This document shows positions 13,801 to 28,599 of a DNA stretch of 64,000 nucleotides, piece by piece. The translations under genes and the position numbers were made by a program. The stretch spans positions 121,892,001-121,956,000 of the forward strand of contig OZ024744.1 in the NCBI GenBank assembly GCA_964016885.1. The letters run 5' to 3'. The stretch is from Eledone cirrhosa (lineage: Eukaryota). Below the pieces are notes generated by a model. That model had not been told where the DNA came from. It saw nothing but the letters and a program-made list of their open reading frames with translations, and ran no database searches. How positions within the stretch are numbered: the first letter of the stretch is position 1; each line of letters begins with the position of its first letter.

Positions 13801-16800
13801 AGTCACTTTTATCCTTCCTCAACACATGAACCAACCATCTCACACTATCTCTCATCACAACAACCATCACTACCTCTATTCCTCTCACCCAGTTACTTTT
13901 ATCCTTCCTCAACACATGACCCAGCCATCTCACACTATCTCTCTTCACAACATCCATCATTACTTCTGTTCCTCTCATCCAGTCACTTTCATACTTCCTC
14001 AACACATGACCCAACCATCTCACACTATCTCTATTCACAACATCCATCACTACCTCTATTCCTCTCACCCAGTCACTTTCATACTTCCTCAACACATGAC
14101 CCAACCATCTCACACTATCTCTCTTCACAACATCCATCACTACCTCTGTTCCTCTCACCCAGTCACTTTTATCCTTCCTCAACACATGACCCAACCATCT
14201 AACACTATCTCTCTTCACAACATTTCATCACTACCTTCATTCCTCTCAGCCAGTCACTTTTATCCTTCCTCAACACATGACCCAACCATCTCACACTATC
14301 TCTCTTCACAACATCCATCACTACCTCTATTCCTCTCACCCAGTCACTTTCATACTTCCTCAACACATGACCCAACCATCCCACACTATCTCTCTTCACC
14401 ACATACATCACTACCTCTATTCCTCTCACCCAGGCACTTTCATACTTCCTCAACACATGACCCAACCATCTCACACTATCTCTCTTCACAACATCCATCA
14501 CTACCTCTGCTCCTCTCACCCAGTCACATTTATCCTGCCTCAACACATGACCCAACCATCACACACTATCTCTCTTCACAACATCCATCACTACCTCAAT
14601 TTCTCTCACCCAGTCACTTTTATCCTTCCTCAACACATGACCCAACCATCTCACACTATCTCTCTTCACAACATCCATCACTACCTCTATTCTTCTCACC
14701 CAGTCACTTTTATCCTTCCTCAACACATGACCCAACCATCTCACACTATCTCTCATCACAACAACCATCACTACCTCTATTCCTCTCACCCAGTTACTTT
14801 TATCCTTCCTCAACACATGACCCAACCATCTCACACTATCTCTCTTCACAACATCCATCATTACTTCTGTTCCTCTCATCCAGTGACTTTCATACTTCCT
14901 CAACACATGACCTAACCATCTCACACTATCTCTCTTCACAACATCCATCACTACCACTATTCCTCTCACCCAGTCACTTTTATCCCTCCTCAACACATGA
15001 CCCAACCATCTCACACTATCTCTCTTCACAACATCCATCACTACCTCTATTCCTCTCACCCAGTCACTTTCATACTTCCTCAACACATGACCCAACCATC
15101 TCACACTATCTCTCTTCACAACATCCATCACTACATCTGTTCCTCTCACCCAGTAACTTTTATCCTTCCTCAACACATGACCCAACCATCTAACACTATC
15201 TCTCTTCACAACATTTCATCACTACCTTCATTCCTCTCAGCCAGTAACTTTTATCCTTCCTCAACACATGACCCAACCATCTCACACTATCTCTCTTCAC
15301 AACATCCATCACTACCTCTGTTCCTCTCACCCAGTCACTTTTATCCTTCCTCAACACATGACCTAACCATCTCACACTATCTCTCTTCACAACATCCATC
15401 ACTACCACTATTCCTCTCACCCAGTCACTTTTATCCCTCCTCAACACATGACCCAACCATCTCACACTATCTCTCTTCACAACATCCATCACTACCTCTA
15501 TTCCTCTCACCCAGTCACTTTCATACTTCCTCAACACATGACCCAACCATCTCACACTATCTCTCTTCACAACATCCATCACTACATCTGTTCCTCTCAC
15601 CCAGTAACTTTTATCCTTCCTCAACACATGACCCAACCATCTAACACTATCTCTCTTCACAACATTTCATCACTACCTTCATTCCTCTCAGCCAGTAACT
15701 TTTATCCTTCCTCAACACATGACCCAACCATCTCACACTATCTCTCTTCACAACATCCATCATTACTTCTGTTCCTCTCATCCAGTGACTTTCATACTTC
15801 CTCAACACATGACCTAACCATCTCACACTATCTCTCTTCACAACATCCATCACTACCTCTATTCCTCTCACCCAGTCACTTTCATACTTCCTCAACACAT
15901 GACCCAACCATCTCACACTATCTCTCTTCACAACATCCATCACTACCTCTATTCCTCTCACCCAGTCACTTTTATCCTTCCTCAACACATGACCCAACCA
16001 TCTCACACTATCTCTCTTCACAACATCCATCACTACCTCTATTCCTCTCAGCCAGTCACATTTATCCTTCCTCAACACATGACCCAACCATCTCACACTA
16101 TCTCTCTTCACAACTTACATCACTACCTCTATTCCTCTCACCCAGTCACTTTCATACTTCCTCAACACATGACCCAACCATCTCACACTATCTCTCTTCA
16201 CAACATCCATCACTACCTCTGTTCCTCTCACCCAGTCACTTTTATCCTTCCTCAACACATGACCCAACCATTCTCACACTATCTATCTTCACAACATCCA
16301 TCACTACATCTATTCCTCTCACCCAGTCACTTTTATACTTTTTCAACACATGACCCAACCATCTCACACTATCTCTCTTCACAACATCCATCACTACATC
16401 TATTCCTCTCACACTGTCACTTTCATACTTCCTCAACACATGACCCAACCATCTCACACTATCTCTCTTCACAACATACATCACTACCTCTATTCCACTC
16501 ACCCAGTCAATTTTATCCTTCCTCAACACATGACCTAACCATCTCACACTATCTCTCTTCACAACATCCATCACTACCTCCATTCCTCTCAGCCAGTCAC
16601 TTTTATCCTTCCTCAACACATGAACCAACCATCTCACACTATCTCTCATCACAACAACCATCACTACCTCTATTCCTCTCACCCAGTTACTTTTATCCTT
16701 CCTCAACACATGACCCAGCCATCTCACACTATCTCTCTTCACAACATCCATCATTACTTCTGTTCCTCTCATCCAGTCACTTTCATACTTCCTCAACACA

Positions 16801-19800
16801 TGACCCAACCATCTCACACTATCTCTATTCACAACATCCATCACTACCTCTATTCCTCTCACCCAGTCACTTTCATACTTCCTCAACACATGACCCAACC
16901 ATCTCACACTATCTCTCTTCACAACATCCATCACTACCTCTGTTCCTCTCACCCAGTCACTTTTATCCTTCCTCAACACATGACCCAACCATCTAACACT
17001 ATCTCTCTTCACAACATTTCATCACTACCTTCATTCCTCTCAGCCAGTCACTTTTATCCTTCCTCAACACATGACCCAACCATCTCACACAACTCTCTTC
17101 ACAACATCCATCACTACCTCTATTCCTCTCACCCAGTCACTTTCATACTTTCTCAACACATGAGCCAACCATCTCACACTATCTCTCTTCACAACATCCA
17201 TCACTACCTCTATTCCTCTCACCCAGTCACTTTTATCCTTCCTCAACACATGACCCAACCATCTCACACTATCTCTCTTCACAACATCCATCACTACCTC
17301 TATTCCTCTCACCCAGTCACTTTCATACTTCCACAACACATGACCAACCATCTCACATTATCTCTCTTCACAACACCCATCACTACCTCTATTCCTCTCA
17401 CCCAGTCACTTTTATCCTTCCTCAACACATGACCCAACCATCTCACACTATCTCTCTTCACAACATCCATTATTACCTCTGTTCCTCTCACCCAGTCACT
17501 TTCATACTTCCTCAACACATGACCCAACCATCTCACACTATCTCTCTTCACGACATCCATCACTACCTCTGTTCCTCTCACCCAGTCACTTTCATACTTC
17601 CTCAACACATGAACCAACCATCTCACACTATCTCTCTTCACAACATTTCATCACTACCTCTATTCCTCTCACCCAGTCACTTTCATACTTCCTCAACACA
17701 TGACCCAACCATCTCACACTATCTCTCTTCACAACATCCATCTCTACCTCTATTCCTCTCACCCAGTTACCTTTATCCTTCCTCAACACATGACCCAACC
17801 ATCTCACACTATCTCTCTTCACAACATCCATCATTACCTCTGTTCCTCTCACCCAGTCACTTTCATACTTCCTCAACACATGACCCAACCATCTCACACT
17901 ATCTCTCTTCACAAGATCCATCACTACTTCTATTCCTCTCACCCAGTCACTTTTATCCTTCCTCAACACATGACCCAACCATCTCACACTATCTCTCTTC
18001 ACAACATCCATCACTACCTCTATTCCTCTCAGCCAGTCACATTTATCCTTCCTCAACACATGACCCAACCATCTCACACTAACTCTCTTCACAACATCCA
18101 TCACTACCTCTATTCCTCTCAGCCAGTCACTTTTATCCTTCCTCAACACATGACCCAACCATTCTCACACTATCTATCTTCACAACATCCATCACTACAT
18201 CTATTCCTCTCACCCAGTCACTTTTATACTTTTTCAACACATGACCCAACCATCTCACACTATCTCTCTTCACAACATCCATCACTACATCTATTCCTCT
18301 CACACTGTCACTTTCATACTTCCTCAACACATGACCCAACCATCTCACACTATCTCTCTTCACAACATACATCACTACCTCTATTCCTCTCACCCAGTCA
18401 CTTTTATCCTTCCTCAACACATGACCTAACCATCTCACACTATCTCTCTTCACAACATCCATCACTACCTCCATTCCTCTCAGCCAGTCACTTTTATCCT
18501 TCCTCAACACATGAACCAACCATCTCACACTATCTCTCTTCACAACATCCATCACTGCCTCTATTCCTCTCACCCAGTCACATTCTAACTTCTTCAACAC
18601 ATGACCCAACCATCTCACACTATCTCTCTTCACAACATCCATCACTACCACTATTCCTCTCACCCAGTCACTTTTATCCCTCCTCAACACATGACCCAAC
18701 CATCTCACACTATCTCTCTTCACAACATCCATCACTACTTCTATTCCTCTCACCCAGTCACTTTTATCCTTCCTCAACACATGACCCAACCATCTCACAC
18801 TATCTCTCTTCACAACATACATCACTACCTCTATTCCTCTCACCCAGTCACTTTCATACTTCCTCAACACATGACCCAACCATCTCACACTATCTCTCTT
18901 CACAACATCCATCACTACCTCTGTTCCTCTAACCCAGTCACTTTTATCCTTCCTCAACACATGACCCAACCATTCTCACACTATCTATCTTCACAACATC
19001 CATCACTACATCTATTCCTCTCACCCAGTCACTTTTATACTTTTTCAACACATGACCCAACCATCTCACACTATCTCTCTTCACAACATCCATCACTACA
19101 TCTATTCCTCTCACACTGTCACTTTCATACTTCCTCAACACATGACCCAACCATCTCACACTATCTCTCTTCACAACATCCATTATTACCTCTGTTCCTC
19201 TCACCCAGTCACTTTCATACTTCCTCAACACATGACCCAACCATCTCACACTATCTCTCTTCACAACATCCATCACTACCTCAATTTCTCTCACCCAGTC
19301 ACTTTTATCCTTCCTCAACACATGACCCAACCATCTCACACTATCTCTCTTCACAACATCCATCACTACCTCTATTCCTCTCACCCAGTCACTTTCATAC
19401 TTCCTCAACACATGAGCCAACCATCTAACACTATCTCTCTTCACAACATCCATCACTACATCTATTCCTCTCACCCAGTCACTTTTATACTTTTTCAACA
19501 CATGACCCAACCATCTCACACTATCTCTCTTCACAACATCCATCACTACATCTATTCCTCTCACACTGTCACTTTCATACTTCCTCAACACATGACCCAA
19601 CCATCTCACACTATCTCTCTTCACAACATACATCACTACCTCTATTCCTCTCACCCAGTCACTTTTATCCTTCCTCAACACATGACCTAACCATCTCACA
19701 CTATCTCTCTTCACAACATCCATCACTACCTCCATTCCTCTCAGCCAGTCACTTTTATCCTTCCTCAACACATGAACCAACCATCTCACACTATCTCTCT

Positions 19801-22800
19801 TCACAACATCCATCACTGCCTCTATTCCTCTCACCCAGTCACATTCTAACTTCTTCAACACATGACCCAACCATCTCACACTATCTCTCTTCACAACATC
19901 CATCACTACCTCTATTCCTCTCACACAGTCACATTCATACTACCTCAACACATGACCCAACCATCTCACACTATCTCTCTTCACAACATCCATCACTACT
20001 TCTATTCCTCTCACCCAGTCACTTTTATCCTTCCTCAACACATGACCCAACCATCTCACACTATCTCTCTTCACAACATACATCACTACCTCTATTCCTC
20101 TCACCCAGTCACTTTCATACTTCCTCAACACATGACCCAACCATCTCACACTATCTCTCTTCACAACATCCATCACTACCTCTGTTCCTCTCACCCAGTC
20201 ACTTTTATCCTTCCTCAACACATGACCCAACCATCTCACACTATCTCTCTTCACAACATCCATCACTACATCTATTCCTCTCACACTGTCACTTTCATAC
20301 TTCCTCAACACATGACCCAACCATCTCACACTATCTCTCTTCACAACATCCATTATTACCTCTGTTCCTCTCACCCAGTCACTTTCATACTTCCTCAACA
20401 CATGACCCAACCATCTCACACTATCTCTCTTCACAACATCCATCACTACCTCAATTTCTCTCACCCAGTCACTTTTATCCTTCCTCAACACATGACCCAA
20501 CCATCTCACACTATCTCTCGTCACAACATCCATCACTACCTCTATTCCTCTCACCCAGTCACTTTCATACTTCCTCAACACATGAGCCAACCATCTAACA
20601 CTATCTCTCTTCACAACATCCATCACTACCTCTATTCCTCTCACCCAGTCACTTTTATCCCTCCTCAACACATGACCCAACCATCTCACACTATCTCTCT
20701 TCACAACATCCATCACTACCTCTATTGCTCTTACCCAGTCACTTTCATACTTCCTGAACACATGACCCAACCATCTCACACTATCTCTCTTCACAACATC
20801 CATCTCTACCTCTATTCCTCTCACCCAGTCACTTTTAACCTTCCTTAAAACATGACCCAACCATCTCACACTATCTCTCTTCACAACATCCATCACTACC
20901 TCTATTCCTATCACACAGTCACTTTTATACTTCCTCAACACAGGACCCAACCATCTCACACTATCTCTCTTCACAACATCCATCACTACCTCTGTTCCTC
21001 TCACCCAGTCACATTCATACATCCTCAACACATGACCCACACATCTCAAACTATCTCTCTTCACAACATCTATCACTACCTCAATTTCTCTCACCCAGTC
21101 ACTTTTATCCTTCCTCAACACATGACCCAACCATCTCACACTATCTCTCTTCACAACATCCATCACTACCTCTATTCTTCTCACCCAGTCACTTTTATCC
21201 TTCCTCAACACATGACCCAACCATGTCACACTATCTCTCATCACAACAACCATCACTACCTCTATTCCTCTCACCCAGTTACTTTTATCCTTCCTCAACA
21301 CATGACCCAACCATCTCACACTATCTCTCTTCACAACATCCATCATTACTTCTGTTCCTCTCATCCAGTGACTTTCATACTTCCTCAACACATGACCTAA
21401 CCATCTCACACTATCTCTCTTCAAAACATCCATCACTACCACTATTCCTCTCACCCAGTCACTTTTCTCCCTCCTCAACACATGACCCAACCATCTCGCA
21501 CTATCTCTCTTCACAACATCCATCACTACCTCTATTCCTCTCACCCAGTCACTTTCATACTTCCTCAACACATGACCCAACCATCTCACACTATCTCTCT
21601 TCACAACATCCATCACTACCTCTGTTCCTCTCACCCAGTCACTTTTATCCTTCCTCAACACATGACCCAACCATCTAACACTATCTCTCTTCACAACATT
21701 TCATCACTACCTTCATTCCTCTCAGCCAGTCACTTTTATCCTTCCTCAACACATGACCCACCATCTCACACTATCTCTCTTCACAACATCCATCACTACC
21801 TCTATTCCTCTCACCCAGTCACTTTCATACTTCCTCAACACATGAGCCAACCATCTCACACTATCTCTCTTCACAACATCCATCACTACCTCTATTCCTC
21901 TCACCCAGTCACTTTTATCCTTCATCAACACATGACCCAACCATCCCACACTATCTCTCTTCACAACATCCATCACTACCTCTATTGCTCTTACCCACTC
22001 ACTTTCATACTTCCTGAACACATGACCCAACCATCTCACACTATCTCTCTTCACAACATCCATCACTACCTCTATTCCTCTCACCCAGTCACTTTTAACC
22101 TTCCTCAACACATGACCCAACCATCTCACACTATCTCTCTTCACAACATCCATCACTACCTCTATTCCTATCACACAGTCACTTTTATACTTCCTCAACA
22201 CAGGACCTAACCATCTCACACTATCTCTCTTCACAACATCCATCACTACCTCTGTTCCTCTCACCCAGTCACATTCATACTTCCTCAACACATGACCCAA
22301 CCATCCCACACTATCTCTCTTCACCACATACATCACTACCTCTATTCCTCTCACACAGGCACTTTCATACTTCCTCAACACATGACCCAACCATCTCACA
22401 CTATCTCTCTTCACAACATCCATCACCACCTCTGCTCCTCTCACCCAGTCACTTTTATCCTGCCTCAACACATGACCCAACCATCTCACACTATCTCTCT
22501 TCACAACATCCATCACTACCTCAATTTCTCTCACCCAGTCACTTTTATCCTTCCTCAACACATGACCCAACCATCTCACACTATCTCTCTTCACAACATC
22601 CATCACTACCTCTATTCTTCTCATCCAGTCACTTTTATCCTTCCTCAACACATGACCCAACCATCTCACACTATCTCTCATCACAACAACCATCACTACC
22701 TCTATTCCTCTCACCCAGTTACTTTTATCCTTCCTCAACACATGACCCAACCATCTCACACTATCTCTCTTCACAACATCCATCATTACTTCTGTTCCTC

Positions 22801-25800
22801 TCATCCAGTGACTTTCATACTTCCTCAACACATGACCTAACCATCTCACACTATCTCTCTTCACAACATCCATCACTACCACTATTCCTCTCACCCAGTC
22901 ACTTTTATCCCTCCTCAACACATGACCCAACCATCTCACACTATCTCTCTTCACAACATCCATCACTACCTCTATTCCTCTCACCCAGTCACTTTCATAC
23001 TTCCTCAACACATGACCCAACCATCTCACACTATCTCTCTTCACAACATCCATCACTACATCTGTTCCTCTCACCCAGTAACTTTTATCCTTCCTCAACA
23101 CATGACCCAACCATCTAACACTATCTCTCTTCACAACATTTCATCACTACCTTCATTCCTCTCAGCCAGTAACTTTTATCCTTCCTCAACACATGACCCA
23201 ACCATCTCACACTATCTCTCTTCACAACATCCATCACTACCTCTATTCCTCTCACCCAGTCACTTTCATACTTCCTCAACACATGAGCCAACCATCTCAC
23301 ACTATCTCTCTTCACAACATCCATCACTACCTCTATTCCTCTCACCCAGTCACTTTTATCCTTCCTCAACACATGACCCAACCATCCCACACTATCTCTC
23401 TTCACAACATCCATCACTACCTCTATTGCTCTTACCCACTCACTTTCATACTTCCTGAACACATGACCCAACCATCTCACACTATCTCTCTTCACAACAT
23501 CCATCACTACCTCTATTCCTCTCACCCAGTCACTTTTAACCTTCCTCAACACATGACCCAACCATCTCACACTATCTCTCTTCACAACATCCATCACTAC
23601 CTCTATTCCTATCACACAGTCACTTTTATACTTCCTCAAAACAGGACCTAACCATCTCACACTATCTCTCTTCACAACATCCATCACTAACTCTGTTCCT
23701 CTCACCCAGTCACATTCATACATCCTCAACACATGACCCACACATCTCAAACTATCTCTCTTCACAAGATCCATCACTACCTCTATTCCTCTCACCCAGT
23801 CACTTTCATACTTCCTCAACACATGACCCAACCATCCCACACTATCTCTCTTCACCACATACATCACTACCTCTATTCCTCTCACCCAGGCACTTTCATA
23901 CTTCCTCAACACATGACCCAACCATCTCACACTATCTCTCTTCACAACATCCATCACTACCTCTGCTCCTATCACCCAGTCACTTTTATCCTGCCTCAAC
24001 ACATGACTCAACCATCTCACACTATCTCTCTTCACAACATCCATCACTACCTCCATTCCTCTCACCCAGTCACTTTTATCCTTCCTCAACACAGGACCCA
24101 ACCATCTCACACTAACTCTCTTCACAACATCCATCACTACCTCTATTCCTCTCACCCAGTCACTTTTAACCTTCCTCAACACATGACCCAACCATCTCAC
24201 ACTATCTCTCTTCACAACATCCATCACTACCTCTGTTCCTCCCACCCAGTCACATTCATACATCCTCAACACATGACCCACACATCTCAAACTATCTCTC
24301 TTCACAACATCCATCACTACCTCAATTTCTCTCACCCAGTCACTTTTTTCCTTCCTCAACACATGACCCAACCATCTCACACTATCTCTCTTCACAACAT
24401 CCATCACTACCTCTATTCTTCTCACCCAGTCACTTTTATCCTTCCTCAACACATGACCCAACCATCTCACACTATCTCTCTTCACAACATCCATCATTAC
24501 TTCTGTTCCTCTCATCCAGTCACTTTCATACTTCCTCAACACATGACCCAACCATCTCACACTATCTCTCTTCACAACATCCATCACTACCTCTATTCCT
24601 CTCACCCAGTCACTTTCATACTTCCTCAACACATGAGCCAACCATCTCACACTATCTCTCTTCACAACATCCATCACTACCTCTATTCCTCTCAACCAGT
24701 CACTTTTATCATTCCTCAACACATGACGCAACCATCTCACACTATCTCTCTTCACAACATCCATCACCACCTCTATTGCTCTTACCCACTCACTTTCATA
24801 CTTCCTGAACACATGACCCAACCATCTCACACTATCTCTCTTCACAACATCCATCACTACCTCTATTCCTATCACACAGTCACTTTTATACTTCCTCAAC
24901 ACAGGACCAAACCATCTCACACTATCTCTCTTCACAACATCCATCACTACCTCTGTACCTCTCACCCAGTCACATTCATACATCCTCAACACAAGACCCA
25001 CACATCTCAAACTATCTCTCTTCACAACATCCATCACTACCTCTATTCCTCTCACCCAGTCACTTTCATACTTCCTTAACACATGACCCAACCATCCCAC
25101 ACTATCTGTCTTCACAACATCCATCACTACCTCTATTCCTCTCACCCAGGCACTTTCATACTTCCTCAACACAGGAGCCAACCATCTCACACTATCTCTC
25201 TTCACAACATCCATCACTACCTCTGTTCCTCTCACCCAGTCACTTTTATCCTGCCTCAACACATGACCCAACCATCTCACACTATCTCTCTTCACAACAT
25301 CCATCACTACCTCCATTCCTCTCACCCAGTCACTTTTATCCTTCCTCAACACAGGACCCAACCATCTCACACTATCTCTCTTCACAACATCCATCACTAC
25401 CTCTATTCCTCTCACTCAGTCACTTTTATCCTTCCTCAACACATGACCCAACCATCTCACACTATCTCTCTTCACAACATCCATCACTACCTCCATTCCT
25501 CTCAGCCAGTCACATTCATACTTCCTCAACACATGACCCAACCATCTCACACTATCTCTCTTCACAACATCCATCACTACCTCTGTTCCTCTCACCCAGT
25601 CACATTCATACTTCCTCAACACATGACCCAACCATCTCACACTATCTCTCTTCACAACATCCATCACTACCTCTATTCCTCTCACCCAGTCACTTTTATA
25701 CTTCCTCAACACATGACCTAACCCTCTCACACTATCTCTCTTCACAATATACATCACTACCTCTGTTCCTCTCACCCAGTCACTTTTATCCTTCCTCAAC

Positions 25801-28599
25801 ACATGACCCAACCATCTCACACTATCTCTCTTCACAACATTTCATCACTACCTCTATTCCTCTCACCCAGTCACTTTCATACTTCCTCAACACATGACCC
25901 AACCATCTCACACTATCTCTCTTCACAACATTTCATCACTACCTCTGTTCCTCTCACCCAGTCACATTCATACTTCCTCAACACATGACCCAACCATCTC
26001 ACACTATCTCTCTTCACAACATCCATCACTACCTCTATTCCTCTCACCCAGTCACTTTTATACTTCCTCAACACATGACCTAACCCTCTCACACTATCTC
26101 TCTTCACAATATCCATCACTACCTCTGTTCCTCTCACCCAGTCACTTTCATTCTTCCTCAACACATGACCAACCATCTCACACTAACTCTCTTCACAACA
26201 TTTCATCACTACCTCTATTCCTCTCACCCAGTCACTTTCATACTTCCTCAACACATGACCCAACCATCTCACACTATCTCTCTTCACAACATCCATCACT
26301 ACCTCTATTCCTCTCACCCAGTCACTTTTATCCTTCCTCAACACATGACCCAACCATATCACACTATCTCTCTTCACAACATCCATCACTACCTCTATTC
26401 CTCTCACCCAGTCACTTTTATCCTTCCTCAACACAGGACCCAACCATCTCACACTATCTCTCTTCACAACATTTCATCACTACCTCTATTCCTCTCAGCC
26501 AGTCACTTTTATCCTTCCTCAACACATGACCCAACCATTCTCACACTATCTCTCTTCACAACATCCATCACTACCTCTATTGCTCTTACCCACTCACTTT
26601 CATACTTCTGAACACATGACCCAACCATCTCACACCCTCTCTCTTCACAACATCCATCACTACCTCTATTCCTCTCACCCAGTCACTTTTAACCTTCCTC
26701 AACACATGACCCAACCATCTCACACTATCTCTCTTCACAACATCCATCACTACCTCTATTCCTATCACACAGTCACTTTTATACTTCCTCAACACAGGAC
26801 CCAACCATCTCACACTATCTCTCTTCACAACATCCATCACTACCTCTGTTCCTCTCACCCAGTCACATTCATACATCCTCAACACATGACCCACACATCT
26901 CAAACTATCTCTCTTCACAAGATCCATCACTACCTCTATTCCTCTCACCCAGTCACTTTCATACTTCCTCAACACATGACCCAACCATCCCACACTATCT
27001 CTCTTCACAACATCCATCACTACCTCCATTCCTCTCACCTCGTCACTTTTATCCTTCCTCAACACAGGACCCAACCATCTCACACTATCTCTCTTCACAA
27101 CATCCATCACTACCTCTATTCCTCTCACTCAGTCACTTTTATCCTTCCTCAACACATGACCCAACCATCTCACACTATCTCTCTTCACAACATCCATCAC
27201 TACCTCTGTTCCTCTCACCCAGTCACTTTTATCCTGCCTCAACACATGACCCAACCATCTCACACTATCTCTCTTCACAACATCCATCACTACCTCCATT
27301 CCTCTCACCTCGTCACTTTTATCCTTCCTCAACACAGGACCCAACCATCTCACACTATCTCTCTTCACAACATCCATCACTACCTCTATTCCTCTCACTC
27401 AGTCACTTTTATCCTTCCTCAACACATGACCCAACCATCTCACACTATCTCTCTTCACAACATCCATCACTACCTCCATTCCTCTCAGCCAGTCACATTC
27501 ATACTTCCTCAACACATGACCCAACCATCTCACACTATCTCTCTTCACAACATCCATCACTACGTCTGTTCCTCTCACCCAGTCTCTTTCAACCTTCCTC
27601 AACACATGACCTAACCATCTCACACTATCTCTCTTCACAACATCCATCACTACCTCTATTCCTCTCACCCAGTCACTTTTATACTACCTCAACACATGAC
27701 CTAACCCTCTCACACTATCTCTCTTCACAATATCCATCACTACCTCTGTTCGTCTCACCCAGTCACTTTTATCCTTCCTCAACACATGACCCAACCATCT
27801 CACACTATCTCTCTTCACAACATTTCATCACTACCTCTATTCCTCTCACCCAGTCACTTTCATACTTCCTCAACACATGACCCAAACATCTCACACTATC
27901 TCTCTTCACAACATCCATCACTACCTCTATTCCTCTCACCCAGTCACTTTTATCCTTCCTCAACACATGACCCAACCATCACACACTATCTCTCTTCACA
28001 ACATCCATTACTACCTCTGTTCCTCTCACCCAGTCACTTTCATACTTCCTCAACACATGACCCAACCATCTCACACTAACTCTCTTCACAGCATTTCATC
28101 ACTACCTCTATTCCTCTCAACCAGTCACTTTCATACTTCCTCAACACATGACCTAACTATCTCACACTATCTCTCTTCACGACATCCATCACTATCTCTG
28201 TTCCTCTCACCCAGTCACTTTCATACTTCCTCAACACATGAACCAACCATCTCACACTATCTCTCTTCACAACATTTTATCACTACCTCTATTCCTCTCA
28301 CCCAGTCACTTTCATACTTCGTCAACACATGACCCAACCATCTCACACTATCTCTCTTCAAAACATCTATCACTACCTCTATTCCTCTCACCCAGTCACT
28401 TTTATCCTTCCTCAACACATGACCCAACCATCTCACACTATCTCTCTTCACAACATCCATCACTGCCTCTATTCCTCTCACCCAGTCACTTTTATCCTTC
28501 CTCAACACATAACCCAACCATCTCACACTATCTCTCTTCACAACATCCATCACTACCTCTATTCCTCTCAGCCAGTCACTTTTATCCTTCCTCAACACA

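Larger units (their letters stand above)
1..28300. repeat. Left satellite sub-domain marked by the 91-bp AACATTTCATC insertion monomer
   Basis: The +1 allele AACATTTCATC (or close variants) occurs near 2151, 4583, 6835, 9176, 10617, 11248, 14219, 15210, 15661, 17013, 17642, 21695, 23135, 25836, 25927, 26197, 26468, 27819, 28090 and 28271. I did not see it further right. Confidence 0.8.
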
